From the IMG/VR virus record IMGVR_UViG_3300032214_000615: 37,949 nucleotides of DNA. One strand, written 5' to 3'. Each line of letters starts with the position of its first letter. Position 1 is the first letter of the stretch. The position numbers and the translations under genes are program-made. Below are positions 8,316 through 14,528 of this stretch, in pieces. The notes under the pieces are model-generated. The model did not search any database. It saw nothing but the letters and a program-made list of their open reading frames with translations, and was not told the DNA's origin. This stretch comes from a virus (lineage: Duplodnaviria > Heunggongvirae > Uroviricota > Caudoviricetes).

Positions 8316-10947
8316 TCATAGTATGAGTTAGTAGATTTCCTTGAATGCGTTTGCTAGCCATCAGTGTTTCATTTACATTACTGACATGTTGATTATTGAC
8401 TTTGGATTCTTGTATTAGCTCCAACAATCTAGCATTGGTTGCTTCTTGTTGTCGTTTAAGCTCAGCTATTGATTCTTTGAATGTGTTTGCCAAATTTTGA
8501 ATTTCAAAGTTATCCAAATTCCCAACATTTGAATAACGTTGATTTTTAATCTCAACCGGTATTGTTCTGCCGTCTGGTAGTGGTACTACTGCCTCTGGAC
8601 CACGTTCGCCTGCTATTGATATGCCGCGTGTTATGCCGCCTTTTGCCATCATTTCTGCGTGAAAATGTGGGCCGGTCCAGTTCGGAGATTTTTTAAAGTA
8701 TTCTTCACGATTTTTTCCAGTAAATCCCATATCTCCTAATAGTTTTACTATCTCGTCGGCTTCTTTTTCAGTTTTAGGCGCAGGATCAAGAGTGAAGTCA
8801 ACTGCTTTTCCTTTAAGATGCTTGCTATCACTATCACGCTTAGCTAAATCATTAAAGGCTGTTATTCTAGTTCCAGGAAATTGTTTAGCAAATTCTTTTA
8901 TTTTTGCTAGCAACATTTCATCAGTGTCGGCTCCGCCTTTTGTGGTTCCTCCGTATACTTCCGTGGATTTTATATTTAATCCTTCATATTTTCCAGTTCC
9001 GGGAATATATTCTTTACCTACTGTGGCAGGTGAACTGTTTGGGTTAGTCTGTCCAATACCAGATGCTTTTACAGTGCTAAGAGTTTGAGTTTTTTCTAAA
9101 TCTGTTCTATTAGTTTTTATATCGTTTTGAACTCTGGCTAATTCAGATTCTGCTTTTGTTAACTCGATGTTCGCGTGTTTTAGTCTGGTCTCAGCGGCTG
9201 ACACAGCCTGCGCCGTACCTGGCGTCAGGTTTTTCTCTTCTTTGCGGCTTTCTTGATGTAAGGCGTTGATTTGACTCTCAAGTTTTTGAATTATTTCTTT
9301 ATCGTGTTCTGAATCTAGCGATTTTTTTTCTTTATTTAGCGTTTCTATCTCTGATTCAAGCGTTTTTATACGTTTCACGCTTTGTTCTTCTTCTTCTTTT
9401 GTCGGTATTCTTCTTAAATCTTTAACTGTTTGTTGTTCTTTGTCTCTTGTTGTCTTTGCTTTCTTTAATTTTTCTTTAGCTTCTACCTCTTCTTTCATTG
9501 AGTCTATCAATTGTTTTTTAAGTTTTATTTCTTTAGGAACTTCTTGTCCGGCGAACTCAAACATCTTAGTAAGTACAGTGTATGTCCCGTCTGCTAATTT
9601 GTCCATTGCCCACGTGGCGGTTTTACTACTTACCATAAACTTTTCTATTTCTACTCCTAGATCGTATAATCGCTGTTTAGTGTTTGCCAATTCTGCGTTT
9701 TGTCCAGTAGTGGATTCCAAAGTCTCTTTTCGTTTTTTTAAAATAGCATCCATTTCTTGTGGGGTTATTTCTTTACGATTAACTAGATTTCTTAATTCAG
9801 CGTAAGATTTCGTGTATAGAGAAGCGTCACCCACGTGTTGCGCTAGCTGTCCCATTGGTCCTATCACAGTGCCGGCAGCTTTTTTAATTTCGTTGAATCC
9901 GTCAATAGCACCCAATGTGCCGTTTCTAATTCGTTGAACTATTTCTACGCCCATACCCCCAGTTTGTTGAACAAACTGTTTGGCAGCATCCGTACTAACA
10001 CTGCCGCTCATCATATCGCGCAAACCCTGTGCTATAGACTCGGCGCCGGCTGATTTTAAGACTACGTTTAAATCGTTCGCTGATTTTTGAACGTGCTCAG
10101 GCAATTGAGCCATGGCGGCGGCAAATCTAGTTTCACTCATTGCCTGATCGCGCATTGTTTGAATGTCTTTTTTCTGTAATCCAGTTAATTTAGTAAGAGT
10201 GTCTAATTCTTCAATGTAAGTTTTGGTGCCATCGCGCAGGTCTTTAGTATTTTTATTTCCAATCAACCCCCATTTTTGCTGCTGTGAGATATAAGTTAAT
10301 TGAAGATCGTTGAAATCGCCTACTGATATGCCCAACTTTTGAAAATCGTCTCTAATTCCTCTGGATGAAACTGCTACTAGTTCAAAGTCTTTACGACCGG
10401 ATATTACAGAACCGCCATACGCACCTAGTTCTTTGCTAAATTTTGCCAGCACTTTTCCAGTGTCTGTAACATTCATTCCAGTTTTACTAATTGAAGATTC
10501 TAAATCTTCAAATTGCTGTAATACACCCGTATCTGCTAGTTGTTCAAAAATTCCATAGGTTTTGTCAAACGTTTTTATTAACTCAAGAGCTATATCGCCG
10601 CCGGCGTTAATAATACCCTGAGCTACACCACTTAACGGTCCTAATAATGAAGCAAATCCGGAAAGAGTTTTAGTTGCTAATCCTACAACCGTATTTAAAG
10701 ATGAAAAACTTCCAGCTCCAGATGTCAATTGAGAGCTAAATGCTAAAGCACTATTTCCCAATCTTTGTAGTGATGCGGCAGTTTTTTCGTGTCGTGCTTT
10801 ATTTGCTTCGTCTAATTTCTTAGACTGTCCAATAGAAGAGTCAATCGCACCCCTAACACTGTTGCCACTTTCACGCGCAGCGGTTCCAAGTGTACGTAAG
10901 CCATCAACGATAGCTTCAATGTCTTGCGGATCTAAATTTTGAGCCAT
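8311..10947 (-). CDS. Tape-measure-like tail protein with C-terminal Zn peptidase (M15/LAS-type) domain
   Basis: Long Ala/Gly-rich helical N-terminus and coiled coil; SKHLKGKAVD (Hx6D) and PHFH (HxH); AKGG...IAGERGPEAVVPL motif common at the end of tape measures. Confidence 0.75.
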   Translation of the reverse strand: MAQNLDPQDIEAIVDGLRTLGTAARESGNSVRGAIDSSIGQSKKLDEANKARHEKTAASLQRLGNSALAFSSQLTSGAGSFSSLNTVVGLATKTLSGFASLLGPLSGVAQGIINAGGDIALELIKTFDKTYGIFEQLADTGVLQQFEDLESSISKTGMNVTDTGKVLAKFSKELGAYGGSVISGRKDFELVAVSSRGIRDDFQKLGISVGDFNDLQLTYISQQQKWGLIGNKNTKDLRDGTKTYIEELDTLTKLTGLQKKDIQTMRDQAMSETRFAAAMAQLPEHVQKSANDLNVVLKSAGAESIAQGLRDMMSGSVSTDAAKQFVQQTGGMGVEIVQRIRNGTLGAIDGFNEIKKAAGTVIGPMGQLAQHVGDASLYTKSYAELRNLVNRKEITPQEMDAILKKRKETLESTTGQNAELANTKQRLYDLGVEIEKFMVSSKTATWAMDKLADGTYTVLTKMFEFAGQEVPKEIKLKKQLIDSMKEEVEAKEKLKKAKTTRDKEQQTVKDLRRIPTKEEEEQSVKRIKTLESEIETLNKEKKSLDSEHDKEIIQKLESQINALHQESRKEEKNLTPGTAQAVSAAETRLKHANIELTKAESELARVQNDIKTNRTDLEKTQTLSTVKASGIGQTNPNSSPATVGKEYIPGTGKYEGLNIKSTEVYGGTTKGGADTDEMLLAKIKEFAKQFPGTRITAFNDLAKRDSDSKHLKGKAVDFTLDPAPKTEKEADEIVKLLGDMGFTGKNREEYFKKSPNWTGPHFHAEMMAKGGITRGISIAGERGPEAVVPLPDGRTIPVEIKNQRYSNVGNLDNFEIQNLANTFKESIAELKRQQEATNARLLELIQESKVNNQHVSNVNETLMASKRIQGNLLTHTMS

Positions 10948-10956
10948 ATATTACCA

Positions 10957-10980
10957 AATAAATATTTATAAGTATTTATT
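10957..10980. promoter_or_regulatory. Cluster of overlapping divergent late promoters
   Basis: Plus strand AATAAATA 10957-10964 and TATAAGTA 10967-10974; minus strand TATAAATA 10963-10970 and AATAAATA 10973-10980; lies between divergent genes. Confidence 0.75.
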
Positions 10981-11011
10981 CTTTTGAATTTTACTAACTT
11001 AGGACTAATAA

Positions 11012-11836
11012 ATGAGCAACAACCCACTTCAACAATATTTTCGTAGACCCGCAATTTACATCAAACTTCCAAGTCTTGGTAGATACTACGATGATACAGT
11101 GATTGAACGAACAGAAACAGATGAGCTTCCTGTTTACCCAATGACTACCATAGACGAAATCACTAGTAAAACTCCAGACGCAGTTTTTAATGGACACGCG
11201 GTAGTAGATATTATTCATAGCTGTGTTCCAAATATTAAAAACGCCTGGAAAATCAACACCATTGACTTAGACGCTATTATAGTAGCCATAAAGGTAGCCA
11301 GTAACGGAGAAAAAATGGAAATAGAGTCGGTTTGCCCTAGCTGCGAAACTGACGCTACGTATGATATCAATCTGATAAGCGTACTTAGTCAGCAAAAAAA
11401 TGTTGACTATGAGCGCACATTGAATTTAAGAGAACTGGAAATAAAATTTAAACCTATAACATACGCAGAAGCAAATAAAAATGGTATGGCTCAGTATGAG
11501 TTACAGAAATTTTTACAGGATCTACAACAAGCCGAAGAATCGGAAGAAAAACAAAATATGATTCGTGAAACCGTTGCTAAACTAAATGAAAAATTTTCCG
11601 AAATAGTAGGCGGAACCGTTGAGTATATTAAAACGCCAGACTGTACCGTTTATGAAGCCGAGTTCATAAAAGAGTTTTTAACTAAGTGCGACCGAAATAC
11701 AAGCACCGCAATTAGAGAACACAGTGTGCGATTAAAAAACGAAAATCAATTAAAGCCCTTAAAAATCAAATGTATGAATTGTTCACACGAATACGAACAA
11801 CAATTAGTACTGAATATCAGTGATTTTTTCGGTTAA
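11012..11836 (+). CDS. gp26: Baseplate hub / tail assembly chaperone (T4 gp26-like)
   Basis: NPLQQYFRRPAIYIKLPS N-terminus, YPMT, CPSC and CMNC motifs, ends in DFFG. Confidence 0.85.
   Translation: MSNNPLQQYFRRPAIYIKLPSLGRYYDDTVIERTETDELPVYPMTTIDEITSKTPDAVFNGHAVVDIIHSCVPNIKNAWKINTIDLDAIIVAIKVASNGEKMEIESVCPSCETDATYDINLISVLSQQKNVDYERTLNLRELEIKFKPITYAEANKNGMAQYELQKFLQDLQQAEESEEKQNMIRETVAKLNEKFSEIVGGTVEYIKTPDCTVYEAEFIKEFLTKCDRNTSTAIREHSVRLKNENQLKPLKIKCMNCSHEYEQQLVLNISDFFG
11824..11830 (+). promoter_or_regulatory. Putative -1 ribosomal slippery heptamer T TTT TTC
   Basis: In-frame X XXY YYZ two codons before the gp26 stop. The -1 frame is open from here to 12060 and closed by TGA (11821-11823) immediately upstream. 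Confidence 0.65.
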
Positions 11837-11862
11837 AGCTTCTTCATTTAGACCACGATCAA

Positions 11863-12060
11863 ATGAAGAAGCTGGGTGAGCAAATGTGGAATGATGCCAC
11901 TAGTCTCAAGGCTCTATCAATGAAGTTAGCTTGGTACACTCGTGGTTCAATGAGCTACGCAGATGTTCTTAACTTAAGCAAAGAAGAGATGGATCAGTTG
12001 AATAAACTAATAGACCAAAACTTAGAAACTACTAAGAAAACTAAGTTGCCTTTTTTCTAA
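11863..12060 (+). CDS. gp51-like baseplate hub assembly protein; possibly expressed as a frameshift extension of gp26
   Basis: KLAWYTRGSMSYADVLNLSKEE...LPFF; directly follows gp26 in the -1 frame; no clear SD before ATG 11863. Confidence 0.65.
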   Translation: MKKLGEQMWNDATSLKALSMKLAWYTRGSMSYADVLNLSKEEMDQLNKLIDQNLETTKKTKLPFF

Positions 12061-12110
12061 TATGTTTTTATAAAAATGGAACCTTGAGTTCGCCATAAGT
12101 CCAAAAAGAT

Positions 12111-12138
12111 TAACCGATTTTGATATCGGTTATTTTTT
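12111..12138 (+). terminator. Rho-independent terminator of gp26 operon
   Basis: TAACCGAT-TTTGAT-ATCGGTTA followed by TTTTTT. Confidence 0.75.
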
Positions 12139-12170
12139 AAGATAATGATTTAGATGAGTGTTTAGTTTAA

Positions 12171-12380
12171 GAATGGGTCGCAAGACCCATTCGCCAGTAG
12201 ACCTAACGGCTACTGGCCTTTTTCTTACTTTCTTTTACTTTAAGATTACTTTTCTTTGACTTCACATCTCAGATAGATGTGATAGATATTAATAAAAAGA
12301 AATTGTGTTGTTGTCAGCCGCAACGAGTGAAACGAGTTGTATGACAACAACACGGGTTGTTGAGTGAAACGAGACAACCC
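12171..12380 (+). other. Array of five near-perfect hairpins in non-coding DNA (candidate origin or ssDNA/RNA structure)
   Basis: GAATGGGTC-GCAA-GACCCATTC; GCCAGTAG..CTACTGGC; TCACATCT..AGATGTGA; GTGTTGTTGTCA..TGACAACAACAC; GGGTTGT..ACAACCC. The last two share the apex GAGTGAAACGAG. Confidence 0.8.
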
Positions 12381-12462
12381 TTGATACTAAGAAATATCTC
12401 AATGAAGAAATCTCATTTAAAAATATTCAAAAGAATCTTGTTTTAAGAATCTCCAAAGAAAA

Positions 12463-12880
12463 GACCTACAGTTCAAAAACCGCATGCTCTAGGACTCTTC
12501 ATAGTTTATCAGGCTATAGTTTTGATGCCATCACGCATCTATGTTGTTTTGTTCTCGTAACGTTTTGCATAACAGCCTACCTTCATTACACGATGGCTGA
12601 AACGGCTCTGCGCCGCGGCTCACAGTCCGGCTACACTCTCATCCAAGAGTGTCCTGACGATACATCAGGCCTATCACTTCACAACACACTAGACAAATCA
12701 TTTTACGCTGTTTATCACGATAAGCGGGAATCGGCGCAGTTGTAGCATTTGTAAGCTCTGATCCTCATCCATTTGTCGCCTGTTTATTCCCTTGGCTGTG
12801 TCTGCCGCCTATATCCGATACTGATATAGTGTTATAAATCCGTTGATCGCTTTCGTCCATATAACCGGGAGGGCTAGGTC
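12463..12880 (-). ncRNA. Candidate large structured non-coding RNA (~420 nt)
   Basis: No ORF of 60 aa or more; several hairpins whose G-U pairs form only on the minus strand; 8-bp long-range complement (12608-12615 / 12732-12739); 6-bp terminal complement (12463-12468 / 12875-12880). Confidence 0.6.
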
Positions 12881-13160
12881 AAAGCCCCTTTTTTTCTTTG
12901 CGTTCAGTAAAAAGAGATGGCTCTCTGCGCCTTAGCTCAGCGACTAAATCATTGAGTAAATGATCATCCTCAAAATTTAGTATAGCCCACTTGAGATAAC
13001 CGTCTGGTAAAGAACGATACTCCCAGTGTTTGTATTTTCCAAATCTCATTACTTTACGTCTTAGTGTTGGGTTTGCGTACTCTACTTTGGGTCCATTTAC
13101 AACTGGCTGTTTTGACAGACGTTTTTGTCTTGCTGCTCGTTGATAATTTAATTTTGCCAT
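12879..13160 (-). CDS. Small DUF3820/QSregVF_b-like protein with basic N-terminus
   Basis: MRFGKYKHW...SLPDGYLKW resembles the MPFGKYKG...lP..YL.W signature. Confidence 0.65.
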   Translation of the reverse strand: MAKLNYQRAARQKRLSKQPVVNGPKVEYANPTLRRKVMRFGKYKHWEYRSLPDGYLKWAILNFEDDHLLNDLVAELRRREPSLFTERKEKKGL

Positions 13161-13181
13161 AGTAGAGAGTTAAACTCATAG

Positions 13182-13691
13182 TTATTTTTTTGATAATGTT
13201 CTCACATTATCAATATTTAACTCAAAAAAACTCTCTAGTGAAAAAAGTATCCATCCTCCCCATTTCTTAGTTTTGTAACGTAGTGTATTACAATCTTGCT
13301 TCCACACTATAGTATCTTGTACAGCAACAAAGCGTCCACGACGATTTATCTTAATAAACAATATGTTTAGATCGTCACTATCAGCGGCGATCATTAGTTG
13401 TTCTATCCAATCTTCAAGTTGCTTACACTCTGTAAAAAGTTGATGAAATCCAAAATCAGAATAAAATTTGGCCTCGCAATTTAGTAGAGGGAAATTTTCT
13501 CCTGGGACAATATCTCCTTTGAAACTGCGAACTTGGTTTTCGTGTAGTGATTTGCGACGATAGCTGTTGCTACCACCAGTGTAAGCGCCGCTACCAGGAG
13601 CACGAATAAAAGATTCGCCGTACAGAGTACTTAAGTATTTGGCAATTTCCCTTTCAAATCCGGAACCTTTAATTTTGCTAGCAGAGGGCAT
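13182..13691 (-). CDS. Holliday junction resolvase (Hjc-like PD-(D/E)XK)
   Basis: SKIKGSGFEREIAKYL, GSGA, GDIVP and CEAK motifs; next to gp46/gp47. Confidence 0.8.
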   Translation of the reverse strand: MPSASKIKGSGFEREIAKYLSTLYGESFIRAPGSGAYTGGSNSYRRKSLHENQVRSFKGDIVPGENFPLLNCEAKFYSDFGFHQLFTECKQLEDWIEQLMIAADSDDLNILFIKINRRGRFVAVQDTIVWKQDCNTLRYKTKKWGGWILFSLESFFELNIDNVRTLSKK

Positions 13692-13695
13692 ACAT

Positions 13696-13703
13696 TACTT
13701 ATT
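13696..13703 (-). promoter_or_regulatory. Late promoter variant (AATAAGTA)
   Basis: 4 nt upstream of the resolvase ATG. Confidence 0.45.
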
Positions 13704-14461
13704 CAACAACAAACACTCTCTGAAATTTTAGATTCAAATTTCCATCCATTCTTATTTTTTCTGCACCAACTTATTATGGTTGCCTTGTCTTTTACTCCAG
13801 CAAATTTTGCCGCTTTTCTAGAGGAATCAAATTTTTCTCCACATGGAGATATCCAATATCCTATGAATCCTGGATTTTTGTTTCCTTTAACTCTTTCTAT
13901 TAATTTTGGATTTCCTTTAAGGCTTTTAGCGATGTTTTCATTGTGTTTAGCTGGTCTATTACTACTATAAATTTTTAAAGCATTGCTTTGTTTTTGTTTT
14001 ATTTCTTGACTATGAGGTATACCGTAAAGTGGGGAATTAACTCCTGTTTTCCCATACATTGGATTTTTCTCTCCTAATCTGGCAATGCTTTTTTTCTTTC
14101 TGGTTTCGTCTGATTCTTTTATACCTGTTTTTGTATACCAGTCTAATCCCCACTCTGGAGTAAGATTGGCCCACATAGGAGAATTTACTATATCGTTTTC
14201 GCGTGAAAAGTGTATGGCGACATCATGAATTTCTTGTGGGCAGTAATACCAGTCTGAGACACACAACGTTTGTATTTTTTCTTTTCCGTATTTCTTAATA
14301 AGACTCTTCCATTTACATCCAGAACCTTTGTATTTGTAAATATCCTTTTTTGTGCTTTTACAAAAATAATAAACATTGTTTATTTTTTTGATGCAGAGTC
14401 TAGTTGGTTTGAAATTTTGTATTATTGTATCGGATAAGACTAAAGACTGATAAATATTCAC
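13703..14461 (-). CDS. Seg-like free-standing homing endonuclease (divergent GIY-YIG domain plus NUMOD3 repeats)
   Basis: YKGSG.KWK..IKKYG and WANL.PE.G motifs; NUMOD3-like SDETRKKKS, GEKNPMYGK, HSQEIKQKQS; GTG start with GAGG 9 nt upstream. Confidence 0.75.
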   Translation of the reverse strand: MNIYQSLVLSDTIIQNFKPTRLCIKKINNVYYFCKSTKKDIYKYKGSGCKWKSLIKKYGKEKIQTLCVSDWYYCPQEIHDVAIHFSRENDIVNSPMWANLTPEWGLDWYTKTGIKESDETRKKKSIARLGEKNPMYGKTGVNSPLYGIPHSQEIKQKQSNALKIYSSNRPAKHNENIAKSLKGNPKLIERVKGNKNPGFIGYWISPCGEKFDSSRKAAKFAGVKDKATIISWCRKNKNGWKFESKISESVCC

Positions 14462-14520
14462 GCTGATGATCCTCGTAATCGTTAGAGTGAGTGGGTGTTG
14501 GTAGCACCGCGACTCACACT

Positions 14521-14528
14521 TATTTATT
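14521..14528 (-). promoter_or_regulatory. Late promoter (AATAAATA) for the NUMOD3 endonuclease
   Basis: Overlaps the gp46 stop codon; followed by a structured leader. Confidence 0.6.

Noticed and set aside
12061-12880. tRNA, tmRNA, RNase P, SRP or group I/II intron
   Set aside because: No T-loop GTTCRA cloverleaf or CCA end. The GGGGCT start is not followed by tmRNA motifs. There is no GAGGAAAGTCC or group II domain V. The GGACU/AGUCC pair resembles P7 only weakly, and there are no flanking exons.
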